Positions 11,616 through 24,300 of a stretch of DNA of 64,000 nucleotides are shown here, one piece after another. The notes under the pieces were generated by a model. It saw nothing but the letters and a program-made list of their open reading frames with translations. It did no database searches and had not been told where the DNA came from. The stretch is from NCBI RefSeq assembly GCF_009914755.1, contig NC_060929.1. One strand, given 5' to 3'. Both the position numbers and the translations under genes were made by a program. The stretch comes from the human T2T-CHM13v2.0 reference genome, Homo sapiens. How positions within the stretch are numbered: the first letter of the stretch is position 1; each line of letters opens with the position of its first letter.

Positions 11616-14600
11616 TAGACGGAATCATTCTCAGAAACTTCTCTGCGATGTGTGCGTTCAACTCTCAGAGTTTAACTTTTCTTTTCATTCAGCAGTTTGG
11701 AAACACTCTGTTTGTAAAGTCTGCACGTGGATATTTTGACCACTTAGAGGCCTTCGTTGGAAACGGGTTTTTTTCCTGTAAGGCTAGACAGAAGAATTCC
11801 CAGTAACTTCCTTGTGTTGTGTACATTCAACTCACAGAGTTGAACGTTCCCTTAGACAGAGCAGATTTGAAACACTCTTTTTGTGCAATTGGCAAGTGGA
11901 GATTTCAAGCGCGTTGAGGTCAATGGCAGAAAAGGAAATATCTTCGTTTCAAAACTAGACAGAATCATTCCCACAAACTGCGTTGTGATGTGTTCGTTCA
12001 ACTCACAGAGTTTAACCTTTCTTTTCATAGAGCAGTTAGGAAACAGTCTGTTTGAAAATTCTGTAAGTGGATATTCTGACATCTTGTGGCCTTCGTTGGA
12101 AACGGGATTTCTTCATATTCTGCTAGACAGAAGAATTCTCAGAATCTTCCTTGTGTTGTGTGTATTCAACTCACAGAGTTGAACGATGGTTTACACAGAG
12201 CAGATTTGAAACACTCATTTGGTGGAATTTGCAAGTGGAGATTTCAGCCGCTTTGAGGTCAATGGTAGAAAAGGAAATATCTTCGTATAACAACTAGACA
12301 GAATGATTCTCAGAAACTTCTTTGTGATGTGTGTGTTCAACTCACAGAGTTTAACCTTTCTTTTCATAGAGTAGTTAGGAAACACTGTGTTTTCAAACTC
12401 TGCAAGTGGATATTCAGACCTCTTTGAGGCCTTCGTTGGAAACGGGTTTCTTCATACTGTGCTAGACAGAAGAATTCTCAGTAACTTCCTTGTGTTGTGT
12501 GTATTCAACTCACAGAGTTGAACGATCCTTTACACAGAGCAGACTTGAAACACTCTTTTTGTGGAATTTGCAAGTGGAGATTTCAGCCGCGTTGAGGTCA
12601 ATGGTAGAAAAGGAAATATCTTCGTATAAAAACTAGACAGAATGATTCTCAGAAACTCCTTTGTGATGTGTGTGTTCAACTCACAGAGTTTAACATTTCT
12701 TTTCATAGAGCAGTTAGGAAACACTCTGTTTGTAAAGTCTGCAAGTGGATATTGAGACCTCTTTGAGGCCTTCGTTGGAAACGGGTTTTTTTCATATAAG
12801 GCTAGACAGAAGAATTCCCAGTAACTTCCTTGTGTTGTGTGTGTTCAACTCACAGAGTTGAACTTTCATTTACACAGAGCAGATTTGAAACACTCTTTTT
12901 GTGGAATTTGCAGGTGGAGATTTCAAGCGCTTTGAGGCCAAAGGCAGAAAAGGAAATATCTTCGTATAAAAACTAGACAGAATCATTCTCAGAAACTGCT
13001 CTGCGATGTGTGCGTTCAACTCTCAGAGTTTAACTTTTCTTTTCATTCAGCAGTTTGGAAACACTCTGTTTGTAAAGTCTGCACGTGGATAATTTGACCA
13101 CTTAGAGGCCTTCGTTGGAAACGGGTTTTATTCATGTAAGGCTAGACAGAAGAATTCTCAGTAACTTCCTTCTGTTGTGTGTATTCAACTCACAGAGTTG
13201 AACGATCCTTTACACAGAGCAGACTTGTAACACTCTTTTTGTGGAATTTGCAAGTGGAGATTTCAGCCGCTTTGAAGTCAAAGGTAGAAAAGGAAATATC
13301 TTCCTATAAAAACTAGACAGAATGATTCTCAGAAACTCCTTTGTCATGTGTGCGTTCAACTCACAGAGTTTAACCTTTCTTTTCATAGAGCAGTTAGGAA
13401 ACACTCTGCTTGTAAAGTCTGCAAGTGGATATTCAGCCCTCTTTGAGGCCTTCGTTGGAAACGGGTTTTTTTCATATAAGGCTAGACAGAAGAATTCCCA
13501 GTAACTTCCTTGTGTTGTGTGTGTTCAACTCACAGAGTTGAACTTTCATTTACACAGAGCAGATTTGAAACACTCTTTTTGTGGAATTTGCAAGTGGAGA
13601 TTTCAAGCGCTTTGAGGCCAAAGGCAGAAAAGGAAATATCTTCGTATAAAAACTAGACAGAATCATTCTCAGAAACTGCTCTGCGATGTGTGCGTTCAAC
13701 TCTCAGAGTTTAACTTTTCTTTTCATTCAGCAGTTTGGAAACACTCTGTTTGTAAAGTCTGCACGTGGATATTTTGACCACTTAGAGGCCTTCGTTGGAA
13801 ACGGGTTTTTTTCCTGTAAGGCTAGACAGAAGAATTCCCAGTAACTTCCTTGTGTTGTGTACATTCAACTCACAGAGTTGAACGTTCCCTTAGACAGAGC
13901 AGATTTGAAACACTCTTTTTGTGCAATTGGCAAGTGGAGATTTCAAGCGCGTTGAGGTCAATGGCAGAAAAGGAAATATCTTCGTTTCAAAACTAGACAG
14001 AATCATTCCCAGAAACTGCGTTGTGATGTGTTCGTTCAACTCACAGAGTTTAACCTTTCTTTTCATAGAGCAGTTAGGAAACAGTCTGTTTGAAAATTCT
14101 GTAAGTGGATATTCTGACATCTTGTGGCCTTCGTTGGAAACGGGATTTCTTCATATTCTGCTAGACAGAAGAATTCTCAGAATCTTCCTTGTGTTGTGTG
14201 TATTCAACTCACAGAGTTGAACGATGGTTTACACAGAGCAGATTTGAAACACTCATTTGGTGGAATTTGCAAGTGGAGATTTCAGCCGCTTTGAGGTCAA
14301 TGGTAGAAAAGGAAATATCTTCGTATAACAACTAGACAGAATGATTCTCAGAAACTTCTTTGTGATGTGTGTGTTCAACTCACAGAGTTTAACCTTTCTT
14401 TTCATAGAGCAGTTAGGAAACACTGTGTTTTTAAACTCTGCAAGTGGATATTCAGACCTCTTTGAGGCCTTCGTTGGAAACGGGATTTCTTCATACTGTG
14501 CTAGACAGAAGAATTCTCAGTAACTTCCTTGTGTTGTGTGTATTCAACTCACAGAGTTGAACGATCCTTTACACAGAGCAGACTTGAAACACTCTTTTTG

Positions 14601-17600
14601 TGGAATTTGCAAGTGGAGATTTCAGCCGCGTTGAGGTCAATGGTAGAAAAGGAAATATCTTCGTATAAAAACTAGACAGAATGATTCTCAGAAACTCCTT
14701 TGTGATGTGTGTGTTCAACTCACAGAGTTTAACATTTCTTTTCATAGAGCAGTTAGGAAACACTCTGTTTGTAAAGTCTGCAAGTGGATATTCAGACCTC
14801 TTTGAGGCCTTCGTTGGAAACGGGTTTTTTTCATATAAGGCTAGACAGAAGAATTCCCAGTAACTTCCTTGTGTTGTGTGTGTTCAACTCACAGAGTTGA
14901 ACTTTCATTTACACAGAGCAGATTTGAAACACTCTTTTTGTGGAATTTGCAAGTGGAGATTTCAAGCGCTTTGAGGCCAAAGGCAGAAAAGGAAATATCT
15001 TCGTATAAAAACTAGACAGAATCATTCTCAGAAGCTGCTCTGCGATGTGTGCGTTCAACTCTAAGAGTTTAACTTTTCTTTTCATTCAGCAGTTTGGAAA
15101 CACTCTGTTTGTAAAGTCTGCACGTGGATAATTTGACCACTTAGAGGCCTTCGTTGGAAACGGGTTTTTTTCATGTAAGGCTAGACAGAAGAGTTCTCAG
15201 TAACTTCCTTGTGTTGTGTGTATTCAACTCACACAGTTGAACGATCCTTTACAGAGAGCAGACTTGTAACACTCTTTTTGTGGAATTTGCAAGTGGAGAT
15301 TTCAGCCGCTTTGAAGTCAAAGTAGAAAAGGAAATATCTTCCTATAAAAACTAGACAGAATGATTCTCAGAAACTCCTTTGTGATGTGTGCGTTCAACTC
15401 ACAGAGTTTAACCTTTCTTTTCATAGAGCAGTTAGGAAACACTCTGTTTGTAAAGTCTGCAAGTGGATATTCAGACCTCTTTGAGGCCTTCGTTGGAAAC
15501 GGGTTTTTTTCATATAAGGCTAGACAGAAGAATTCCCAGTAACTTCCTTGTGTTGTGTGTGTTCAACTCACAGAGTTGAACTTTCATTTACACAGAGCAG
15601 ATTTGAAACACTCTTTTTGTGGAATTTGCAGGTGGAGATTTCAAGCGCTTTGAGGCCAAAGGCAGAAAAGGAAATATCTTCGTATAAAAACTAGACAGAA
15701 TCATTCTCAGAAACTGCTCTGCGATGTGTGCGTTCAACTCTCAGAGTTTAACTTTTCTTTTCATTCAGCAGTTTGGAAACACTCTGTTTGTAAAGTCTGC
15801 ACGTGGATAATTTGACCACTTAGAGGCCTTCGTTGGAAACGGGATTTTTCATGTAAGGCTAGACAGAAGAATTCTCAGTAACTTCCTTGTGTTGTGTGTA
15901 TTCAACTCACAGAGTTGAACGATCCTTTACACAGAGCAGACTTGTAACACTCTTTTTGTGGAATTTGCAAGTGGAGATTTCAGCCGCTTTGAAGTCAAAG
16001 GTAGAAAAGGAAATATCTTCCTATAAAAACTAGACAGAATGATTCTCAGAAACTCCTTTGTGATGTGTGCGTTCAACTCACAGAGTTTAACCTTTCTTTT
16101 CATAGAGCAGTTAGGAAACACTCTGCTTGTAAAGTCTGCAAGTGGATATTCAGCCCTCTTTGAGGCCTTCGTTGGAAACGGGTTTTTTTCATATAAGGCT
16201 AGACAGAAGAATTCCCAGTAACTTCCTTGTGTTGTGTGTGTTCAACTCACAGAGTTGAACTTTGATTTACACAGAGCAGATTTGAAACACTCTTTTTGTG
16301 GAATTTGCAAGTGGAGATTTCAAGCGCTTTGAGGCCAAAGGCAGAAAAGGAAATATCTTCGTATAAAAACTAGACAGAATCATTCTCAGAAACTGCTCTG
16401 CGATGTGTGCGTTCAACTCTCAGAGTTTAACTTTTCTTTTCATTCAGCAGTTTGGAAACACTCTGTTTGTAAAGTCTGCACGTGGATATTTTGACCACTT
16501 AGAGGCCTTCGTTGGAAACGGGTTTTTTTCCTGTAAGGCTAGACAGAAGAATTCCCAGTAACTTCCTTGTGTTGTGTACATTCAACTCACAGAGTTGAAC
16601 GTTCCCTTAGACAGAGCAGATTTGAAACACTCTTTTTGTGCAATTGGCAAGTGGAGATTTCAAGCGCTTTATGGTCAATGGCAGAAAAGGAAATATCTTC
16701 GTTTCAAAACTAGAGAGAATCATTCCCAAAAACTGCGTTGTGATGTGTTCGTTCATCTCACAGAGTTTAACCTTTCTTTTCATAGAGCAGTTAGGAAACA
16801 GTCTGTTTGTAAATTCTGTAAGTGGATATTCTGACATCTTGTGGCCTTCGTTGGAAACGGGATTTCTTCATATTCTGCTAGACAGAAGAATTCTCAGAAT
16901 CTTCCTTGTGTTGTGTGTATTCAACTCACACAGTTGAACGATGGTTTACACAGAGCAGATTTGAAACACTCTTTTTGTGGAATTTGCAAGTGGAGATTTC
17001 AGCCGCTTTGAGGTCAATGGTAGAAAAGGAAATATCTTCGTATAAAAACTAGACAGAATGATTCTCAGAAACTTCTTTGTGATGTGTGCGTTCAACTCAC
17101 AGAGTTTAACCTTTCTTTTCATAGAGCAGTTAGGAAACACTCTGTTTGTAAACTCTGCAAGTGGATATTCAGACCTCTTTGAGGCCTTCGTTGGAAACGG
17201 GATTTCTTCATACTGTGCTAGACAGAAGAATTCTCAGTAACTTCCTTGTGTTGTGTGTATTCAACTCACAGAGTTGACCGATCCTTTACACAGAGCAGAC
17301 TTGTAACACTCTTTTTGTGGAATTTGCAAGTGGAGATTTCAGCCGCTTTGAAGTCAAAGGTAGAAAAGGGAATATCTTCCTATAAAAACTAGACAGAATG
17401 ATTCTCAGAAACTCCTTTGTGATGTGTGCGTTCAACTCACAGAGTTTAACCTTTCTTTTCATAGAGCAGTTAGGAAACACTCTGTTTCTAAAGTCTGCAA
17501 GTGGATATTCAGACCTCTTTGAGGCCTTCGTTGGAAACGGGTTTTTTTCATATAAGGCTAGACAGAAGAATTCCCAGTAACTTCCTTGTGTTGTGTGTGT

Positions 17601-20600
17601 TCAACTCACAGAGTTGAACTTTCATTTACACAGAGCAGATTTGAAACACTCTTTTTGTGGAATTTGCAAGTGGAGATTTCAAGCGCTGTGAGGCCAAAGG
17701 CAGAAAAGGAAATATCTTCGTATAAAAACTAGACAGAATCATTCTCAGAAACTGCTCTGCGATGTGTGCGTTCAACTCTCAGAGTTTAACTTTTCTTTTC
17801 ATTCAGCAGTTTGGAAACACTCTGTTTGTAAAGTCTGCACGTGGATAATTTGACCACTTAGAGGCCTTCGTTGGAAACGGGTTTTTTTCATGTAAGGCTA
17901 GACAGAAGAATTCTCAGTAACTTCCTTGTGTTGTGTGTATTCAACTCACAGAGTTGAACGATCCTTTACACAGAGCAGACTTGTAACACTCTTTTTGTGG
18001 AATTTGCAAGTGGAGATTTCAGCCGCTTTGAAGTCAAAGGTAGAAAAGGAAATATCTTCCTATAAAAACTAGACAGATAGATTCTCAGAAACTCCTTTGT
18101 GATGTGTGCGTTCAACTCACAGAGTTTAACCTTTCTTTTCATAGAGCAGTTAGGAAACACTCTGTTTGTAAAGTCTGCAAGTGGATATTCAGACCTCTTT
18201 GAGGCCTTCGTTGGAAACGGGTTTTTTTCATATAAGGCTAGACAGAAGAATTCCCAGTAACTTCCTTGTGTTGTGTGTGTTCAACTCACAGAGTTGAACT
18301 TTCATTTACACAGAGCAGATTTGAAACACTCTTTTTGTGGAATTTGCAAGTGGAGATTTCAAGCGCTTTGAGGCCAAAGGCAGAAAAGGAAATATCTTCG
18401 TATAAAAACTAGACAGAATCATTCTCAGAGACTGCTCTGTGATGTGTGCGTTCAACTCTCAGAGTTTAACTTTTCTTTTCATTCAGCAGTTTGGAAACAC
18501 TCTGTTTGTAAAGTCTGCACGTGGATAATTTGACCACTTAGAGGCCTTCGTTGGAAACGGGTTTTTTTCATGTAAGGCTAGACAGAAGAGTTCTCAGTAA
18601 CTTCCTTGTGTTGTGTGTATTCAACTCACACAGTTGAACGATCCTTTACACAGAGCAGACTTGTAACACTCTTTTTGTGGAATTTGCAAGTGGAGATTTC
18701 AGCCGCTTTGAAGTCAAAGGTAGAAAAGGAAATATCTTCCTATAAAAACTAGACAGAATGATTCTCAGAAACTCCTTTGTGATGTGTGCGTTCAACTCAC
18801 AGAGTTTAACCTTTCTTTTCATAGAGCAGTTAGGAAACACTCTGCTTGTAAAGTCTGCAAGTGGATATTCAGCCCTCTTTGAGGCCTTCGTTGGAAACGG
18901 GTTTTTTTCATATAAGGCTAGACAGAAGAATTCCCAGTAACTTCCTTGTGTTGTGTGTGTTCAACTCACAGAGTTGAACTTTGATTTACACAGAGCAGAT
19001 TTGAAACACTCTTTTTGTGGAATTTGCAAGTGGAGATTTCAAGCGCTTTGAGGCCAAAGGCAGAAAAGGAAATATCTTCGTATAAAAACTAGACAGAATC
19101 ATTCTCAGAAACTGCTCTGCGATGTGTGCGTTCAACTCTCAGAGTTTAACTTTTCTTTTCATTCAGCAGTTTGGAAACACTCTGTTTGTAAAGTCTGCAC
19201 GTGGATATTTTGACCACTTAGAGGCCTTCGTTGGAAACGGGTTTTTTTCCTGTAAGGCTAGACAGAAGAATTCCCAGTAACTTCCTTGTGTTGTGTACAT
19301 TCAACTCACAGAGTTGAACGTTCCCTTAGACAGAGCAGATTTGAAACACTCTTTTTGTGCAATTGGCAAGTGGAGATTTCAAGCGCTTTAAGGTCAATGG
19401 CAGAAAAGGAAATATCTTCGTTTCAAAACTAGAGAGAATCATTCCCAAAAACTGCGTTGTGATGTGTTCGTTAATCTCACAGAGTTTAACCTTTCTTTTC
19501 ATAGAGCAGTTAGGAAACAGTCTGTTTGTAAATTCTGTAAGTGGATATTCTGACATCTTGTGGCCTTCGTTGGAAACGGGATTTCTTCATATTCTGCTAG
19601 ACAGAAGAATTCTCAGAATCTTCCTTGTGTTGTGTGTATTCAACTCACACAGTTGAACGATGGTTTACACAGAGCAGATTTGAAACACTCTTTTTGTGGA
19701 ATTTGCAAGTGGAGATTTCAGCCGCTTTGAGGTCAATGGTAGAAAAGGAAATATCTTCGTATAAAAACTAGACAGAATGATTCTCAGAAACTTCTTTGTG
19801 ATGTGTGCGTTCAACTCACAGAGTTTAACCTTTCTTTTCATAGAGCAGTTAGGAAACACTGTGTTTTTAAACTCTGCAAGTGGATATTCAGACCTCTTTG
19901 AGGCCTTCGTTGGAAACGGGATTTCTTCATACTGTGCTAGACAGAAGAATTCTCAGTAACTTCCTTGTGTTGTGTGTATTCAACTCACAGAGTTGACCGA
20001 TCCTTTACACAGAGCAGACTTGTAACACTCTTTTTGTGGAATTTGCAAGTGGAGATTTCAGCCGCTTTGAAGTCAAAGGTAGAAAAGGGAATATCTTCCT
20101 ATAAAAACTAGACAGAATGATTCTCAGAAACTCCTTTGTGATGTGTGCGTTCAACTCACAGAGTTTAACCTTTCTTTTCATAGAGCAGTTAGGAAACACT
20201 CTGTTTCTAAAGTCTGCAAGTGGATATTCAGACCTCTTTGAGGCCTTCGTTGGAAACGGGTTTTTTTCATATAAGGATAGAGAGAAGAACTCCCAATAAC
20301 TTCCTTGTGTTGTGTGTGTTCAACTCACAGAGTTGAACTTTCATTTACACAGAGCAGATTTGAAACACTCTTTTTGTGGAATTTGCAAGTGGAGATTTCA
20401 AGCGCTGTGAGGCCAAAGGCAGAAAAGGAAATATCTTCGTATAAAAACTAGACAGAATCATTCTCAGAAACTGCTCTGCGATGTGTGCGTTCAACTCTCA
20501 GAGTTTAACTTTTCTTTTCATTCAGCAGTTTGGAAACACTCTGTTTGTAAAGTCTGCACGTGGATAATTTGACCACTTAGAGGCCTTCGTTGGAAACGGG

Positions 20601-21324
20601 TTTTTTTCATGTAAGGCTAGACAGAAGAATTCTCAGTAACTTCCTTGTGTTGTGTGTATTCAACTCACAGAGTTGAACGATCCTTTACACAGAGCAGACT
20701 TGTAACACTCTTTTTGTGGAATTTGCAAGTGGAGATTTCAGCCGCTTTGAAGTCAAAGGTAGAAAAGGAAATATCTTCCTATAAAAACTAGACAGAATGA
20801 TTCTCAGAAACTCCTTTGTGATGTGTGCGTTCAACTCACAGAGTTTAACCTTTCTTTTCATAGAGCAGTTAGGAAACACTCTGCTTGTAAAGTCTGCAAG
20901 TGGATATTCAGCCCTCTTTGAGGCCTTCGTTGGAAACGGTTTTTTTTCATATAAGGCTAGACAGAAGAATTCCCAGTAACTTCCTTGTGTTGTGTGTGTT
21001 CAACTCACAGAGTTGAACTTTGATTTACACAGAGCAGATTTGAAACACTCTTTTTGTGGAATTTGCAAGTGGAGATTTCAAGCGCTTTGAGGCCAAAGGC
21101 AGAAAAGGAAATATCTTCGTATAAAAACTAGACAGAATCATTCTCAGAAACTGCTCTGCGATGTGTGCGTTCAACTCTCAGAGTTTAACTTTTCTTTTCA
21201 TTCAGCAGTTTGGAAACACTCTGTTTGTAAAGTCTGCACGTGGATATTTTGACCACTTAGAGGCCTTCGTTGGAAACGGGTTTTTTTCCTGTAAGGCTAG
21301 ACAGAAGAATTCCCAGTAACTTCC

Positions 21325-24300
21325 TTGTGTTGTGTACATTCAACTCACAGAGTTGAACGTTCCCTTAGACAGAGCAGATTTGAAACACTCTTTTTGTGCA
21401 ATTGGCAAGTGGAGATTTCAAGCGCTTTAAGGTCAATGGCAGAAAAGGAAATATCTTCGTTTCAAAACTAGAGAGAATCATTCCCAAAAACTGCGTTGTG
21501 ATGTGTTCGTTCATCTCACAGAGTTTAACCTTTCTTTTCATAGAGCAGTTAGGAAACACTCTGTTTGTAAATTCTGTAAGTGGATATTCTGACATCTTGT
21601 GGCCTTCGTTGGAAACGGGATTTCTTCATATTCTGCTAGACAGAAGAATTCTCAGAATCTTCCTTGTGTTGTGTGTATTCAACTCACACAGTTGAACGAT
21701 GGTTTACACAGAGCAGATTTGAAACACTCTTTTTGTGGAATTTGCAAGTGGAGATTTCAGCCGCTTTGAGGTCAATGGTAGAAAAGGAAATATCTTCGTA
21801 TAAAAACTAGACAGAATGATTCTCAGAAACTTCTTTGTGATGTGTGCGTTCAACTCACAGAGTTTAACCTTTCTTTTCATAGAGCAGTTAGGAAACACTC
21901 TGTTTGTAAACTCTGCAAGTGGATATTCAGACCTCTTTGAGGCCTTCGTTGGAAACGGGATTTCTTCATACTGTGCTAGACAGAAGAATTCTCAGTAACT
22001 TCCTTGTGTTGTGTGTATTCAACTCACAGAGTTGACCGATCCTTTACACAGAGTAGACTTGTAACACTCTTTTTGTGGAATTTGCAAGTGGAGATTTCAG
22101 CCGCTTTGAAGTCAAAGGTAGAAAAGGGAATATCTTCCTATAAAAACTAGACAGAATGATTCTCAGAAACTCCTTTGTGATGTGTGCGTTCAACTCACAG
22201 AGTTTAACCTTTCTTTTCATAGAGCAGTTAGGAAACACTCTGTTTGTAAAGTCTGCAAGTGGATATTCAGACCTCTTTGAGGCCTTCGTTGGAAACGGGT
22301 TTTTTTCATATAAGGCTAGACAGAAGAATTCCCAGTAACTTCCTTGTGTTGTGTGTGTTCAACTCACAGAGTTGAACTTTCATTTACACAGAGCAGATTT
22401 GAAACACTCTTTTTGTGGAATTTGCAAGTGGAGATTTCAAGCGCTGTGAGGCCAAAGGCAGAAAAGGAAATATCTTCGTATAAAAACTAGACAGAATCAT
22501 TCTCAGAAACTGCTCTGCGATGTGTGCGTTCAACTCTCAGAGTTTAACTTTTCTTTTCATTCAGCAGTTTGGAAACACTCTGTTTGTAAAGTCTGCACGT
22601 GGATAATTTGACCACTGAGAGGCCTTCGTTGGAAACGGGTTTTTTTCATGTAAGGCTAGACAGAAGAATTCTCAGTAACTTCCTTGTGTTGTGTGTATTC
22701 AACTCACAGAGTTGAACGATCCTTTACACAGAGCAGACTTGTAACACTCTTTTTGTGGAATTTGCAAGTGGAGATTTCAGCCGCTTTGAAGTCAAAGGTA
22801 GAAAAGGAAATATCTTCCTATAAAAACTAGACAGATAGATTCTCAGAAACTCCTTTGTGATGTGTGCGTTCAACTCACAGAGTTTAACCTTTCTTTTCAT
22901 AGAGCAGTTAGGAAACACTCTGTTTGTAAAGTCTGCAAGTGGATATTCAGACCTCTTTGAGGCCTTCGTTGGAAACGGGTTTTTTTCATATAAGGCTAGA
23001 CAGAAGAATTCCCAGTAACTTCCTTGTGTTGTGTGTGTTCAACTCACAGAGTTGAACTTTCATTTACACAGAGCAGATTTGAAACACTCTTTTTGTGGAA
23101 TTTGCAAGTGGAGATGTCAAGCGCTTTGAGGCCAAAGGCAGAAAAGGAAATATCTTCGTATAAAAACTAGACAGAATTCATTCTCAGAGACTGCTCTGTG
23201 ATGTGTGCGTTCAACTCTCAGAGTTTAACTTTTCTTTTCATTCAGCAGTTTGGAAACACTCTGTTTGTAAAGTCTGCACGTGGATAATTTGACCACTTAG
23301 AGGCCTTCGTTGGAAACGGGTTTTTTTCATGTAAGGCTAGACAGAAGAGTTCTCAGTAACTTCCTTGTGTTGTGTGTATTCAACTCACACAGTTGAACGA
23401 TCCTTTACAGAGAGCAGACTTGTAACACTCTTTTTGTGGAATTTGCAAGTGGAGATTTCAGCCGCTTTGAATTCAAAGTAGAAAAGGAAATATCTTCCTA
23501 TAAAAACTAGACAGAATGATTCTCAGAAACTCCTTTGTGATGTGTGCGTTCAACTCACAGAGTTTAACCTTTCTTTTCATAGAGCAGTTAGGAAACACTC
23601 TGTTTGTAAAGTCTGCAAGTGGATATTCAGACCTCTTTGAGGCCTTCGTTGGAAACGGGTTTTTTTCATATAAGGCTAGACAGAAGAATTCCCAGTAACT
23701 TCCTTGTGTTGTGTGTGTTCAACTCACAGAGTTGAACTTTCATTTACACAGAGCAGATTTGAAACACTCTTTTTGTGGAATTTGCAGGTGGAGATTTCAA
23801 GCGCTTTGAGGCCAAAGGCAGAAAAGGAAATATCTTCGTATAAAAACTAGACAGAATCATTCTCAGAAACTGCTCTGCGATGTGTGCGTTCAACTCTCAG
23901 AGTTTAACTTTTCTTTTCATTCAGCAGTTTGGAAACACTCTGTTTGTAAAGTCTGCACGTGGATAATTTGACCACTTAGAGGCCTTCGTTGGAAACGGGT
24001 TTTTTTCATTTAAGGCTAGACAGAAGAATTCTCAGTAACTTCCTTGTGTTGTGTGTATTCAACTCACAGAGTTGAACGATCCTTTACACAGAGCAGACTT
24101 GTAACACTCTTTTTGTGGAATTTGCAAGTGGAGATTTCAGCCGCTTTGAAGTCAAAGGTAGAAAAGGAAATATCTTCCTATAAAAACTAGACAGAATGAT
24201 TCTCAGAAACTCCTTTGAGATGTGTGCGTTCAACTCACAGAGTTTAACCTTTCTTTTCATAGAGCAGTTAGGAAACACTCTGCTTGTAAAGTCTGCAAGT

